DNA of 64,000 bases from Rickettsiales bacterium (GTDB taxonomy: Bacteria; Pseudomonadota; Alphaproteobacteria; Rickettsiales; JABCZZ01): assembly GCA_035765535.1 (NCBI GenBank), contig DASTXE010000001.1:224322-288321 (forward strand), read 5' to 3'. The notes beneath the pieces were generated by a model. It saw only the letters and a program-made list of their open reading frames with translations. It ran no database searches and was not told the DNA's origin. Shown in pieces: positions 1 to 12,262 of the stretch; position 1 is the stretch's first letter; every line of letters starts with the position of its first letter. Position numbers and translations under genes: made by a program.

Positions 1-3
1 ACA

Positions 4-372
4 GTGCAATTGCAGATTACCTGCATGATGCTGCAGCATGAAGGTTGCAACATGATTCGCAATGGTGATTCCGAAAAAGGCCTTATCATGCTGGAAGCAG
101 TGCGCAAGATGCGAGCTTCATTGGAGGAGCAGAATCAGGAGGTGCTGGACACTGCAGGACCCGATGAGCTATCTGGTTCTCAGCAGAGAACGGGCTTTAA
201 TAAAACATTGTATACGACAGTATCGGATGCCGTCATTAAGGATAATACGCTGTATTTTGATTTAGCGCGTCCGGCGGACCCTGCATATAAATGCGACGAT
301 ATCACTTGCAAGGCAAAAACATTCGCTCTGGCCCGTGAATACTTCCCGTCTTTTTACGAAAAAGCAGCCTAA
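4..372 (+). CDS. hypothetical protein, possibly 5'-truncated by the window edge
   Basis: 122-aa ORF starting 3 nt from the window edge. No motif recognised. Confidence 0.4.
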   Translation: MQLQITCMMLQHEGCNMIRNGDSEKGLIMLEAVRKMRASLEEQNQEVLDTAGPDELSGSQQRTGFNKTLYTTVSDAVIKDNTLYFDLARPADPAYKCDDITCKAKTFALAREYFPSFYEKAA

Positions 373-384
373 CTATTTCACTTA

Positions 385-924
385 TTATGTATCCAGGTGC
401 TTAAGCCCTGTCTTCAGGTAGGCGTAACCTGTCACGAGGGTGAGGAGCGCTGCTGCCCACAGCAGCAGTTCGCCCAGCTGTTCCAGCCATGGAAAGCCGG
501 GACCGAGCAGCAGCAGGAAGATTGCAACCATCTGCGCGGCGGTTTTATATTTTGCTAAAGTGGAAACAGGTACGCTGATACGCAGATCCGCCAGGAATTC
601 GCGCAAGCCTGACACCAGTATTTCGCGGCAAAGTATGGCCAGCGCAGGCAGAATATCGGCACGGCCTGACCCCACCAGCAGCATCAGGCAGCTTGCGATC
701 AGCAATTTATCCGCAATCGGGTCAAGGAAGCGCCCAAGCTTGGAATGGGCATGCCAGGCGCGGGCAAGATAACCGTCAAAGAAATCGGTAATGCTGGCGT
801 ACAGGAATAAGAGCGCGCATATCCAGTTGGAGATACTACCGTGAACATACAGGAACACCAGCACCAGAAGCGGGATAATCAGGATACGCGTATATGTCAG
901 AAAATTCGGAAGTTGTTTTTTCAT
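385..924 (-). CDS. pgsA: CDP-diacylglycerol--glycerol-3-phosphate 3-phosphatidyltransferase
   Basis: CDP-alcohol phosphatidyltransferase motif DGYLAR...G..LDPIADK. Start moved to internal ATG at 924 (MKKQLPNFLTYTRIL), the typical PgsA N-terminus; the tracked ORF extends to 1011. Confidence 0.85.
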   Translation of the reverse strand: MKKQLPNFLTYTRILIIPLLVLVFLYVHGSISNWICALLFLYASITDFFDGYLARAWHAHSKLGRFLDPIADKLLIASCLMLLVGSGRADILPALAILCREILVSGLREFLADLRISVPVSTLAKYKTAAQMVAIFLLLLGPGFPWLEQLGELLLWAAALLTLVTGYAYLKTGLKHLDT

Positions 925-1016
925 ACCGGCAAGAAGGACTGGATTCTTAAGTGCTAGTGATAGGATATTTGCAAGCATTTTACCAGAAATATCATTACTC
1001 TGCGTACACAACCTGC

Positions 1017-2840
1017 TTAGCGTCTGAAAAAGTGATAAATCTTTTCCGCGATCTTCTTGCTGATGCCCTCAACCTTTTCCAGCTCGGCGATCGTTGCCAT
1101 CTCCACACCTTTGCTTGAGCCGAAATGCTGCAGCAATGCACGTTTGCGTGCGGCACCTATGGCAGGAATTTGGTCGAGTGCGGATTCCCGTATTGCATTG
1201 CTGCGCTTGATACGATGCGAGCCGATGGCAAAGCGATGTGCTTCGTCCCGCAGCCGCTGAAGATAATGCAGCAGTGGATCGTCCTGTGGGAGCTGGAAAG
1301 GTAGCTGGCCCGGTATATGAATCCATTCCCGCCCTGCATTGCGATCTACTCCTTTGGCGATCGCTGCATAATTCAGTCCGGTGATTCCCAGCTCGAACAG
1401 AACTTGCGTAGCAACGCTGAGCTGCCCTTCGCCGCCGTCAATCAGTACGAGATCGGGCCATGATTCGCGTGTTTCATCTTCTTTCTGCAGACGCGTAAAG
1501 CGACGCGTCAGCACTTCGCGCATCATGGCATAATCGTCGCCCGGAGTAAGGTCGGTTCTGCGGATGTTGAAACGGCGGTAGTGTTTTTTCTCAAAGCCGT
1601 GCGGGCTCGCGCAGATCATTGCACCAACCATATGTGTACCGGCGATATGGCTGTTATCGTAAACCTCAATGCGCTGTGGTGGAGCATCCAGCCCAAAGCG
1701 ATCGGCCAGTTTTTGCAGCATGGCGAGATTGGTGGCATGCTCGGAAACATGGCGTGCAAGCGCTTCCCGCGCATTGATAACGGCACGGTCCATCACGCTT
1801 TTCTTCTCGCCGCGTGTTGCCTGCTGAATGGTGGTATGGAATGCTTCTTCGAGCAGTGTAGCGTCAGGCAGCTCATAATTGACCAGCACGGTTTCCGGCG
1901 CCAGCTGCTCAAGGTAAAACTGGCTGATAAAGGCGCTCAGTATCTCGGCGTCCGGCGCATCAGTACTGTGTGCCGGGAAGTAGGACTTGTTGCCGAAATT
2001 CTGCCCGCCTCGGAAGAAGAAAACCTGGATGCAGGAAATATCGCCCGTACGGTAAAGCGCAATAACATCCGCTTCCGGCAGACTTGCCGCGATAATACCC
2101 TGTTCATGTTGCACCCGGGAAAGCGCCTTGATGCGATCACGCAGTACGGCAGCTTCCTCATAGCGGTGGTTTTCACTGGCCTCCTGCATCTGCGCGGCTA
2201 TTTCTGCTTTGATGTCGTGGCTTTTGCCTTTCAAAAACTGCTGCGCCTGGCGGATGAGCTTGGCATATTCTTCTTTACTGATATACCCGACGCAAGGCGC
2301 AGAGCAGCGCTTGATCTGGTATTGCAGGCACGGGCGCTGGCGTGCCTTGAAGAAGCTATCCGTGCAGGGACGCAGCAAGAAAACTTTCTGAAGAATCGTG
2401 AGCGTTTCATTGACTGCCCCGGCGGAAGCAAACGGGCCGAAATATTCCCCTTTACGGTCACGTGCGCCGCGGTGTTTGGTGATCTGCGGATAGTCATGGT
2501 CCTTCGTCATCAGGATGAACGGAAAGCTTTTGTCGTCACGCAGCAGAATATTGTAACGCGGCTTGAGTTTCTTAATAAGATTAGATTCCAGCAACAGCGC
2601 TTCGGTCTCGCTGGATGTCGTGACGATTTCCATACTGGTGGTCAGCGAAACCATTTTCATGATGCGCGTGGAAAGGCCTGAGGCGCTTACATAGTTGCTG
2701 ACGCGGTTCTTAAGGTTCTTGGCCTTGCCCACGTAAAGCACATTGCCTTCTTCGTCCAGCATGCGGTAAACGCCGGGACTGACAGGCATGTCTTTCAGAT
2801 ATTCGCGTATAACGTCGGAACCGTTCATCTTCTCCGGCAA
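1017..2840 (-). CDS. uvrC: excinuclease ABC subunit C
   Basis: 607 aa. GIY-YIG N-terminus (GVYRMLDEEGNVLYVGKAKNLKNRV), UvrC middle region and C-terminal HhH. Confidence 0.95.
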   Translation of the reverse strand: MPEKMNGSDVIREYLKDMPVSPGVYRMLDEEGNVLYVGKAKNLKNRVSNYVSASGLSTRIMKMVSLTTSMEIVTTSSETEALLLESNLIKKLKPRYNILLRDDKSFPFILMTKDHDYPQITKHRGARDRKGEYFGPFASAGAVNETLTILQKVFLLRPCTDSFFKARQRPCLQYQIKRCSAPCVGYISKEEYAKLIRQAQQFLKGKSHDIKAEIAAQMQEASENHRYEEAAVLRDRIKALSRVQHEQGIIAASLPEADVIALYRTGDISCIQVFFFRGGQNFGNKSYFPAHSTDAPDAEILSAFISQFYLEQLAPETVLVNYELPDATLLEEAFHTTIQQATRGEKKSVMDRAVINAREALARHVSEHATNLAMLQKLADRFGLDAPPQRIEVYDNSHIAGTHMVGAMICASPHGFEKKHYRRFNIRRTDLTPGDDYAMMREVLTRRFTRLQKEDETRESWPDLVLIDGGEGQLSVATQVLFELGITGLNYAAIAKGVDRNAGREWIHIPGQLPFQLPQDDPLLHYLQRLRDEAHRFAIGSHRIKRSNAIRESALDQIPAIGAARKRALLQHFGSSKGVEMATIAELEKVEGISKKIAEKIYHFFRR

Positions 2841-2880
2841 TCATGTTCGAGCCGGATGCAAAATTCCGGCGTTGCCTGCG

Positions 2881-3246
2881 CTAATCTATTATTTCGGAAT
2901 CATCCACAGGGATTTCTTTAAGCTGGTCACGGAACCATTGACCGGCCTCCATCGTTTTGCCGTCCGGCTGGCGAATCAGGTAAGGCTTGCCGGTACGCTC
3001 ACAGGTGGAGCCCACTTTATTAATAAAATCCTCGACCGTAGTAACGCCCTTGGTCTTTTTGAGTTTCTCTTCCAGGTGCAGGCGTGCGGAAGCAGCGTCC
3101 ATGTCAACGCCATTGCGCACGAATACGATGTCCGAAGTGCTTAAGGTTTCAAGCAGCGCATCAATTCTTTGCTGGTCGCTGAGTTTCTCAGCGAATGCAG
3201 GAAATGCGAAGCATATGATAATCAGGAAACTGGCTATTTTGCGCAT
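2881..3246 (-). CDS. secreted DUF5329-like protein
   Basis: Signal peptide MRKIASFLIIICFAFPAFA. The pattern RNG...A..HL..K...SG/TGKPY resembles the DUF5329 family. Confidence 0.55.
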   Translation of the reverse strand: MRKIASFLIIICFAFPAFAEKLSDQQRIDALLETLSTSDIVFVRNGVDMDAASARLHLEEKLKKTKGVTTVEDFINKVGSTCERTGKPYLIRQPDGKTMEAGQWFRDQLKEIPVDDSEIID

Positions 3247-3368
3247 AAATATTCCACATATGGCGTTACCTTCATTGTATGAAATACATGAATGAGATGA
3301 AAATCAATACTTAAATTGTCTTGAGTGCAAGCCTTGCCTAAAACCGGCAACTGCGGTACAAAAAACAT

Positions 3369-4061
3369 ATGAGAGAAATTGCGCTAGATACAGAAACGAC
3401 AGGTCTTGATCCCTTAACGGGACATCGGGTAATTGAAATCGGTTGCGTGGAGATGTTCGACCGTATCCGCACCGGCAAGACTTTCCAGGCATATATCAAT
3501 CCTGAACGCGATATGCCGGAAGAAGCCTTCCGCGTTCACGGTATTTCTTTGGAATTCCTGAAGGATAAGCCTGTTTTTGCTAAAGTTGCGCAGGAATGGC
3601 TGGATTTCATCGGCGATAGCAGGCTGGTCATTCATAATGCCCAGTTCGATCTGAAATTCCTTAATTACGAATTGGGATTATTGAAATTACCTTCCATTTC
3701 AATGGATCGGGCGACAGACACCATCAATATCGCAAGGCGCAAGTTTCCGGGCGCACCAGCCAAACTTGACGCGCTTTGTAAACGTTTCAATATCGATCTT
3801 TCCGCGCGTACGAAACATGGCGCGTTATTAGATGCGGAACTGCTCGCTGATGTCTATCTGGAGTTGATGGGCGGAAGGCAGGAAGCCATGCTGCTGCAGG
3901 CCGAGCCGGCAAATGCCTCGCTCTCATCTGTCCTGGTGGAAACGGTGACAGAGATAATCACAATAGTAAAACGTGAATTCCCGCCTTCGGAAGATGAACT
4001 GGCCGCGCATGAAGAGTTCCTGAAAAAGATTAAGAATCCGCTCTGGAAAGTGGTTGCCTGA
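3369..4061 (+). CDS. dnaQ: DNA polymerase III subunit epsilon (3'-5' exonuclease)
   Basis: DEDDh exonuclease motifs: ALDTETTGLD, VIHNAQFDLKFL, HGALLDAELLADVY. Confidence 0.9.
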   Translation: MREIALDTETTGLDPLTGHRVIEIGCVEMFDRIRTGKTFQAYINPERDMPEEAFRVHGISLEFLKDKPVFAKVAQEWLDFIGDSRLVIHNAQFDLKFLNYELGLLKLPSISMDRATDTINIARRKFPGAPAKLDALCKRFNIDLSARTKHGALLDAELLADVYLELMGGRQEAMLLQAEPANASLSSVLVETVTEIITIVKREFPPSEDELAAHEEFLKKIKNPLWKVVA

Positions 4062-4089
4062 TTTCACTCCTTGATTGTAAAGTAAACGC

Positions 4090-4113
4090 TTCCTCCAACT
4101 TTCAATGGAGGAA
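4090..4113 (+). terminator. possible hairpin downstream of dnaQ
   Basis: 8-bp stem TTCCTCCA/TGGAGGAA with an 8-nt loop. The T-tail is weak. Confidence 0.3.
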
Positions 4114-4148
4114 TCCGCTTTATAATTCGTCAATCCAAGGAGGCTTAT

Positions 4149-4574
4149 ATGAAGACGCTATACACAGCACGTGCCAATGTCAGAGGCGGTCGCGAAGGAC
4201 ATGCCGAAACAGACGATAAGCAGATTTCCGTTAATCTGGCGGCGCCCGGTAGCGGCAAGCAGGGAACGAACCCGGAACAGTTATTTGCCTGCGGTTACGC
4301 AGCTTGCTTTGGCAGTGCTGTTCAACACGTGGCACGCCAGCAGAAGATCGACGCAGGTGATATCGATGTACAGGCGGATGTAAAGCTGAATCAGGATGAT
4401 CAGGGCTTTTCCATCGCCGTCGAACTCAATGTAACGCTCGCGAAAGTTGATGCCAAAACGGCAGAAAAGCTGGTAAACGACGCCCACCAGGTTTGCCCGT
4501 ATTCTAAAGCGACACGTGGAAATATTGAGGTCAAGCTGAAAGCTAACGGCCAGCAACTTGAAAAAGCGGCATAA
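4149..4574 (+). CDS. ohr: organic hydroperoxide resistance protein (OsmC/Ohr family)
   Basis: 141 aa. Both catalytic Cys contexts are present (FACGYAACF and VCPYSKA). Confidence 0.85.
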   Translation: MKTLYTARANVRGGREGHAETDDKQISVNLAAPGSGKQGTNPEQLFACGYAACFGSAVQHVARQQKIDAGDIDVQADVKLNQDDQGFSIAVELNVTLAKVDAKTAEKLVNDAHQVCPYSKATRGNIEVKLKANGQQLEKAA

Positions 4575-4582
4575 CGTTAAAG

Positions 4583-4604
4583 AGGAGCCCCAGACGGGGC
4601 TCCT
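4583..4604. terminator. bidirectional intrinsic terminator between convergent ohr and HIT genes
   Basis: Perfect 9-bp GC-rich stem AGGAGCCCC/GGGGCTCCT with a 4-nt loop. Flanking sequence is T-rich on both strands. Confidence 0.7.
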
Positions 4605-4979
4605 TTATCTTTCGTGTCCATCCCCCGGCAGTAACGCCCCCAGCGCCCTGCCACCTAGCAGATGCACATGGAAGTGCGGCACGCTTTGTGAAGCGTTCTT
4701 CCCGTGATTGGTGATCAGGCGGTACCCGCTTTCCTCCAGCTTCAGCTGTCTTGCTATCTTTGTGATAGTATTGAAAAAATAAGCAATAGCCTCCGGTGTG
4801 GTATTGCGGGTGAAATCGTCAAAGGAAATATATTCGCCCTTAGGCAGGATAAGCGCATGAGCCGGGGCAGCAGGCGCGATATCCTCAATGGCCAGAACCG
4901 ACTCATCTTCATAGATTTTTTTGCAGGGTATTTCGCCGCGGATTATTCTGGCAAATATATTGTTTTTATCGTATTTCAT
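4605..4979 (-). CDS. HIT (histidine triad) family protein
   Basis: Histidine triad motif HFHVHLLGG near the C-terminus; 124 aa. Confidence 0.85.
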   Translation of the reverse strand: MKYDKNNIFARIIRGEIPCKKIYEDESVLAIEDIAPAAPAHALILPKGEYISFDDFTRNTTPEAIAYFFNTITKIARQLKLEESGYRLITNHGKNASQSVPHFHVHLLGGRALGALLPGDGHER

Positions 4980-5025
4980 AGGTTCCTCTAAAATATTCCA
5001 AACTTACGGCAAATATAAAAACCCT

Positions 5026-6444
5026 ATGGCGACCAGTAAATCGAAAAATACCAAAAAAGAAGCGCAGGCGAATCCCATGTGGGGCGGGCAGTTTGCCAGC
5101 GGTCCGGCGGAAATCATGGCGCGCATCAACGCTTCCATTGATTTCGACAGTAAGCTTTATTCGCAGGATATCAAGGGGTCGATCGCACATTGTACGATGC
5201 TGGCCGAAACAGGGATTATCACAAAGAAAGAAGCCTCTGCAATCATCAAAGGGCTGGAATCCATCAAAGTGGAAATCGAGTCCGGTAAATTTATCTTCAA
5301 GCAGGAGCTGGAAGATATACACATGAATATCGAAGCCCGTCTGGCCGAATTGATAGGGGACGTTGCCGGAAAGCTCCACACGGCGCGATCACGCAACGAC
5401 CAGGCCGTGCTGGATTTCCGCATGTTCGTGAGGGATGCCGCGCAGGCGATAGAGGAACTGCTTAAAGGACTTCAGGCGGCCTTGATTGCCCGTGCAGAAG
5501 AATATTGCGACACGATCATGCCGGGCTTCACGCATCTGCAGAGCGCTCAGCCTGTAACGCTTGGCCACCATATGATGGCGTATGTCGAGATGTTTGGGCG
5601 CGATCGCGGCCGTGTCAACGATTTGCTGGCGCGCCTGGACGAATGCCCTCTCGGTGCAGCGGCGCTCGCCGGGACTTCGTTCCAGACAGATCGTCACATG
5701 ACGGCAAAACTGCTCGGCTTTGCCCGTCCGACTGCTAACTCACTGGATTCAGTTTCAGATCGCGACTTCGCCTTGGAATTCTTAAGCGCAGCCTCTATTT
5801 CCGCCGTGCATCTTTCACGTCTGGCGGAAGAATTTGTCATCTGGTCGAGCGCACCGTTCGCATTTATCCGCTTTTCTGATTTGTTCACGACCGGAAGCTC
5901 AATCATGCCGCAGAAGCGCAATCCGGATGCTGCCGAACTTGTGCGTGGTAAAACGGGCCGCATTGTTGGTTCGCTTATGTCATTGCTGACTACGCTTAAG
6001 GGACTGCCGCTTGCATATAACAAGGACATGCAGGAGGACAAGGAACCCGTGTTCGATGCTTCTTTGCAATGGCAGATGGTGTTGAGTGCCACGGCCGGAA
6101 TGGTAGAAGATTTCAAAGCTGATAAACAGCGCATGCACGCGCTGGCGGGAGATGGCTATTCCACCGCGACCGATCTTGCCGACTGGCTCGTGCGCACACA
6201 AAAAATGCCATTCCGTCAGGCACATCATGCCACGGCGCGTATTGTGAAAATTGCTGCCATGAAGAAATGCCAGCTTTCGGAACTGGCGCTGGAAGATATG
6301 AAGTCTATTGAACCGGCCATCACGAAGGATATTTACAATTACCTAACAGTAGAGAAATCCGTGGCGAGCCGCACAAGTTTCGGCGGTACATCGCCGGTAA
6401 GGGTAAAGGAAGCGATTAAAGCTGCAAAGAAGAAATACCTATGA
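5026..6444 (+). CDS. argH: argininosuccinate lyase
   Basis: Fumarate-lyase signature [12 protein letters not shown] and N-terminus WGGQFASGP. Start moved to ATG at 5026, because the tracked ORF start at 4921 overlaps the HIT gene. Confidence 0.95.
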   Translation: MATSKSKNTKKEAQANPMWGGQFASGPAEIMARINASIDFDSKLYSQDIKGSIAHCTMLAETGIITKKEASAIIKGLESIKVEIESGKFIFKQELEDIHMNIEARLAELIGDVAGKLHTARSRNDQAVLDFRMFVRDAAQAIEELLKGLQAALIARAEEYCDTIMPGFTHLQSAQPVTLGHHMMAYVEMFGRDRGRVNDLLARLDECPLGAAALAGTSFQTDRHMTAKLLGFARPTANSLDSVSDRDFALEFLSAASISAVHLSRLAEEFVIWSSAPFAFIRFSDLFTTGSSIMPQKRNPDAAELVRGKTGRIVGSLMSLLTTLKGLPLAYNKDMQEDKEPVFDASLQWQMVLSATAGMVEDFKADKQRMHALAGDGYSTATDLADWLVRTQKMPFRQAHHATARIVKIAAMKKCQLSELALEDMKSIEPAITKDIYNYLTVEKSVASRTSFGGTSPVRVKEAIKAAKKKYL

Positions 6445-6644
6445 AAAAACTTGCATGGATAATGGCATTGTGCGTTTTGGTAAGCGGCTGCGGTATCAAA
6501 AAGCCGCTGGTACAGCCGGGACAGGAAAAGGGAAACGCAACGCAGCAGAAGAAATCTACAACGCCTGACGCGCAGCCTATAGCGCCGCAGCCGGATAACA
6601 GCAATCCGGATATACTGCCAAGCCAGAATGTCCCGCAGAATTAG
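6441..6644 (+). CDS. small lipoprotein, LptM/YifL-like
   Basis: Lipobox [11 protein letters not shown] followed by a Pro/Gln-rich tail. ATGA overlap with the argH stop. It sits upstream of lysA, as many proteobacterial homologues do. Confidence 0.6.
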   Translation: MKKLAWIMALCVLVSGCGIKKPLVQPGQEKGNATQQKKSTTPDAQPIAPQPDNSNPDILPSQNVPQN

Positions 6645-6673
6645 AGATAACCTTATTTATTGAATACTGAACG

Positions 6674-7933
6674 ATGGATCACTTTACCTATAAAAATTCC
6701 GTACTTCACGCTGAAGACGTGGCGTTGAGCGAAATCGCTGCTGCTGTTGGCACGCCGTTTTACTGCTATTCCACGGCGACTCTGCAGCGCCACTATCGCA
6801 TCTTCAAGGATGCATTGGCAGAGCTTGACCCCCTTATTTGTTACGCGGTCAAGGCCAATACCACCATGGCCGTGCTCAAGACGCTCGCTCAGGAAGGCAG
6901 CGGCGCGGATGTGGTTTCCGAAGGCGAAATAAAAGCTGCGCTCGCCGCAGGCATTCCGCGCGAAAAAATCGTTTTCTCAGGTGTCGGCAAAACGCATGAC
7001 GAAATGGCTTATGCGCTTTCTCAGGGCATATTCCAGTTCAATGTGGAATCGGAGCCGGAACTGTATGTGCTGAGCCAGGTCGCGCACCATATGGGCAAAA
7101 CCGCGAATATTGCTTTGCGTGTGAATCCTGATGTCATACCGGATACGCATGCCAAGATTTCCACTGGTCAGAAGGAAAGCAAGTTCGGCGTTCCGTTTAT
7201 CGAAGCCACGGCGTTATATGCGAAAGCGGCCAAGCTTCCGGGCATCGGCGTGCAGGGCGTGTCCGTGCATATCGGCTCGCAGCTGACCAATCTTGCCCCG
7301 TTTGCAAGCGCGTTTGCGCGCGTAGTTGAGCTTGTGCGGGAACTGCGTGCCGCCGGGCACCAGATCACCACGCTCGATCTGGGCGGGGGACTTGGCATTC
7401 CTTACGGCAATCAGGCGGAGCCGCCATTGCCCGCGGCCTATGCGGATATCGTGAAAGAAGCGACCAAAGGCCTGCAGTGCAAGCTCATATTCGAGCCGGG
7501 ACGCCTGATTGCGGGTAATGCTGGCATACTTGTCAGCCGCGTGATTTACGTGAAGCACAGCGAATCCCGTGTGTTTGTGATTGTGGATGCTGGCATGAAC
7601 GATCTTATGCGCCCGACATTATATAGCGCATATCATGACATAGTGCCTGTGAAAGCCAGCGATTCCGGGGAAACCGAGACGGTGGACGTGGTCGGTCCGG
7701 TATGTGAAACGGGCGATATCTTTGCAAGCGCTAGACTGCTCAGGGTGCCGGAATCCGGGGATTTACTTGCTTTCCGCTCTGCAGGCGCGTATGGTGCGTC
7801 GATGGCGTCAACCTATAATTCCCGTCCGTTGCTGGCGGAAGTCATGGTAAACGGTGAACAATATGCGGTTGTCCGCCTCCGCCAGACCTACGAAGAACTG
7901 CTGAAACGCGACAGAATACCGGATTGGTTGTAA
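6674..7933 (+). CDS. lysA: diaminopimelate decarboxylase
   Basis: 419 aa, PLP-dependent group IV decarboxylase (YAVKAN, DLGGGLGI, CETGD). Confidence 0.95.
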   Translation: MDHFTYKNSVLHAEDVALSEIAAAVGTPFYCYSTATLQRHYRIFKDALAELDPLICYAVKANTTMAVLKTLAQEGSGADVVSEGEIKAALAAGIPREKIVFSGVGKTHDEMAYALSQGIFQFNVESEPELYVLSQVAHHMGKTANIALRVNPDVIPDTHAKISTGQKESKFGVPFIEATALYAKAAKLPGIGVQGVSVHIGSQLTNLAPFASAFARVVELVRELRAAGHQITTLDLGGGLGIPYGNQAEPPLPAAYADIVKEATKGLQCKLIFEPGRLIAGNAGILVSRVIYVKHSESRVFVIVDAGMNDLMRPTLYSAYHDIVPVKASDSGETETVDVVGPVCETGDIFASARLLRVPESGDLLAFRSAGAYGASMASTYNSRPLLAEVMVNGEQYAVVRLRQTYEELLKRDRIPDWL

Positions 7934-7937
7934 CTGA

Positions 7938-9812
<1,875 letters not shown>

Positions 9813-9832
9813 TCAAACTAGCCAAACATAAA

Positions 9833-9868
9833 AGGCAGGCGTGAGATTCACGCCTGCCTTTTTCTTTT
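9833..9868. terminator. strong intrinsic terminator after thiC, usable in both directions
   Basis: 11-12 bp stem AGGCAGGCGTG(A)/(T)CACGCCTGCCT followed by TTTTTCTTTT. The opposite strand also has a T-run. Confidence 0.8.
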
Positions 9869-9883
9869 CCAGCAAATTCTCAA

Positions 9884-10834
9884 TTACTGCTTCGCGGGCT
9901 GAGGCGCGAGCTGCGGCTTGGCTGGTGCTGCTGCGGGAGCCGGGGCAGGGGCCGCCGTCGCCGGAGCGGCAGAAGCAGCAGGTGCGGGCGCAGGCGTTGC
10001 AGCGGGGGCTGGTGTCGCCGTTGCCGGGGGCAACGGAGCTTCCTGCACGGGCGTTACCGCTGTTTCCACAGGTTTGCCAGCCGGAGCAGGCTGCGGAGCG
10101 GCCGCAGGGGCAGGCGCAGCCGGGGCTACGTTAGAGCGGATTTTCAGCATGCTGCTGTCATACCCGGCCTTGGTGCTGGTGATATGCGCCTCGTCGCATG
10201 GGATTTCGCTGTAAAGCTCCTTATAGGAGCCATTGGCTGCCAGCAGGATGTTCTTCTCCACCGCCGGGTCCGCATGGGCGACGCTTAGGCTCTTGCGCAG
10301 CGAACCCATGATAAGATCCAGGTCGCTTTCCTCCACGGCAGCGCATTTATGCAGGTAATAATACGTGATCAGCCAGGTCTCATAACGTTCTTTAAGGAAA
10401 TCGATATAAGCCTGCTGCTTCCCGTTCACCTCCTTGAATTCCGTAATATCGGAATAGGGGATGTCGGTGTTATTGGCGGGGATGGAATATTTGCCCGTAT
10501 CCACAGGCTTCTGCGGCGTGGGGTGCTGCGCGGCAATGGCAGGGGGCTCGGCGGCAACTGCGGCGGAGTCGGCCTGTTGCTGCGTTTTCAGGTCGCGCAC
10601 CTCATTGCCGACCAGCACGACCAGCAGCATCGTCGTCAGCCAGAAGATATGGACATTGCGCCGGTGCAGGATGCGGAGCAGCGCCGCGCTGATGGAAGAA
10701 TCATGGAATTTGCGGACTTTGATCTTGTCGCGGTAGATGCCGTAGGCAAGGCACAACCAGACCACGAGCAGAATCGCCCATTTCAGCAGCGAGAACATCA
10801 GCGTGGAGGAAAGCAGATCCTGTATCATATGCAA
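9884..10834 (-). CDS. membrane protein with Pro/Ala-rich C-terminal tail
   Basis: Two N-terminal hydrophobic helices, a central globular region, and a ~90-aa low-complexity APAPAA tail. Confidence 0.55.
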   Translation of the reverse strand: MHMIQDLLSSTLMFSLLKWAILLVVWLCLAYGIYRDKIKVRKFHDSSISAALLRILHRRNVHIFWLTTMLLVVLVGNEVRDLKTQQQADSAAVAAEPPAIAAQHPTPQKPVDTGKYSIPANNTDIPYSDITEFKEVNGKQQAYIDFLKERYETWLITYYYLHKCAAVEESDLDLIMGSLRKSLSVAHADPAVEKNILLAANGSYKELYSEIPCDEAHITSTKAGYDSSMLKIRSNVAPAAPAPAAAPQPAPAGKPVETAVTPVQEAPLPPATATPAPAATPAPAPAASAAPATAAPAPAPAAAPAKPQLAPQPAKQ

Positions 10835-11133
10835 GCCCGGGTACGTTGGAGGGATGGCGCATAGTCTAACCTACTGAAATATATGCCAGCTGAAAGCCGG
10901 GGGCAGCGCGTGCCTTTTCAATAGGTCCAAGACTTGTGTAGCCCAATGCGCCAAATTATGCAACCGCTTTGGGAAAATAGAAAATTTTCCGGTTATCAGG
11001 CACATTAATGATTGACAATTTTCGCTTTCTCCATATTTTTCCTACACGTCTTTTCGTTACGAAAGCGTGCGTAAAATGCCTTATCAAAGGCGCATTGTTG
11101 CCCTGCAGCAGATACGCATAGCGGTAATAGAAT

Positions 11134-11209
11134 GATCTGGTAGCTCAGTCGGTAGAGCACCTGACTTTTAATCAGGTTGTCGCGGGTTCGATTCCCGCCC
11201 AGATCACCA
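11134..11209 (+). tRNA. tRNA-Lys (anticodon UUU), CCA encoded
   Basis: Hand-folded cloverleaf: acceptor GATCTGG/CCAGATC, D stem GCTC/GAGC, anticodon stem CCTGA/TCAGG with loop CTTTTAA, T arm GCGGG-TTCGATT-CCCGC. Confidence 0.95.
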
Positions 11210-11219
11210 TTTTCCTCAA
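11164..11219. repeat. attL: left copy of the 56-bp direct repeat (3' part of tRNA-Lys plus 10 bp)
   Basis: Matches 17187-17242 with one mismatch, including 46 bp of perfect identity. The offset is 6023 bp. Confidence 0.85.
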
Positions 11220-12262
11220 GGATTTACCTCAATCAAATGGCAAAGCTGGTTAGCTGATTGTGCCGGAATCGTGTCTTGAAGCATGTTGTCTACGATCATT
11301 GCATGTTTCCCGAACTTCTCAGGAGCCAGATGTGCATAGCGTCTGACCATCTCGACAGACTCCCATGCCCCCATTTCCTGAATCACGTTCAGAGACACAC
11401 CACCTTGAGCTAACCAACTTGCCCAAGTATGCCGTAGATCATGCCAACGGAAGTCTTCAATTCCAGCTTCTTTTAATGCATTATACCAAGCTTTTGTTGT
11501 TACCTGACCAATAGGATTTCCCTTGTAGGTAAAAACCCGCTTTGGATGTTTACCCAACTGGTTCAGCAATACATCAATCGCCGTAGCATTAAGCGAAACG
11601 TGAATATCCCTTCCGCCCTTGGCTTGGTCTGCATATATCCACGCCACTTTACGCGGTATGTCTATCTGTGACCATTCCAATTCAAGCACGTTTGACTGGC
11701 GTAGTCCGGTAGCAAGTGAAAACCTTACTATATCGACCAGATGTTCTGGTAGTTTAGTAAGTAGTGTCAGCACTTGTTCCGGCGTTAGCCAACGGACACG
11801 CCTTTTAGGTTCAGGATAAAGCCGGATACGCGGAGCTTTATCAATCCATTCCCATTCAAAGGCAGCCCGGCGAAGGATAGAACGAATCAGAGCAAGAACA
11901 CGGTTTGCTGTAGCAGCACTGTTGTTCTCTTTCTTCTTAGCTCCAACCTCTGCAATCACGTCACGCGTTAGGTCTGTTAAAAGCTTGCCCCTAAAGAATT
12001 GTTGTAACCACCGTATAGTGTCCACATCCATCTGATGTGTTTTCTTATGCGAGGTTTCCTGCAACCATTTCAGGGCAGCTTCGTCCCAACTGCGTTTTGG
12101 CTTCTCTCCTAACTGCTCAGTCCGCCACGATTCGGCTTTTAGCTTGTCGTGGTATTCCTGAGCGGCTTTCTTGTCTTCTGTGCGAGCAGAGCATCTAATG
12201 CGCTGGCCGCTTGGTGTGGTGAAACTAATCCACCACGTGTTTCCGCGTTTAGTGAGTGACAT
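11216..12262 (-). CDS. int: tyrosine-type site-specific integrase (P4-like)
   Basis: C-terminal catalytic region HDLRHTWASWLAQGG...RYAH, and N-terminal SAM-like domain (GNTWWISF). Confidence 0.9.
   Translation of the reverse strand: MSLTKRGNTWWISFTTPSGQRIRCSARTEDKKAAQEYHDKLKAESWRTEQLGEKPKRSWDEAALKWLQETSHKKTHQMDVDTIRWLQQFFRGKLLTDLTRDVIAEVGAKKKENNSAATANRVLALIRSILRRAAFEWEWIDKAPRIRLYPEPKRRVRWLTPEQVLTLLTKLPEHLVDIVRFSLATGLRQSNVLELEWSQIDIPRKVAWIYADQAKGGRDIHVSLNATAIDVLLNQLGKHPKRVFTYKGNPIGQVTTKAWYNALKEAGIEDFRWHDLRHTWASWLAQGGVSLNVIQEMGAWESVEMVRRYAHLAPEKFGKHAMIVDNMLQDTIPAQSANQLCHLIEVNP

Noticed and set aside
1581-2681. Long antisense ORFs opposite uvrC (1581-2681). The same kind occurs opposite thiC (8757-9746), fixI (25333-26559), rfbB (26423-27442), serS (43727-44906), thrS (47000-48178), arnB (51860-52624) and the fpr-like gene (63274-63858).
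   Set aside because: Each lies fully within a confidently identified gene on the other strand. None has a motif, a sensible start context or independent support.
10972-10990. The palindrome GGAAAAT-N5-ATTTTCC in the 300-bp region upstream of tRNA-Lys.
   Set aside because: It is a single short AT-rich inverted repeat with no second copy and no associated regulator gene.
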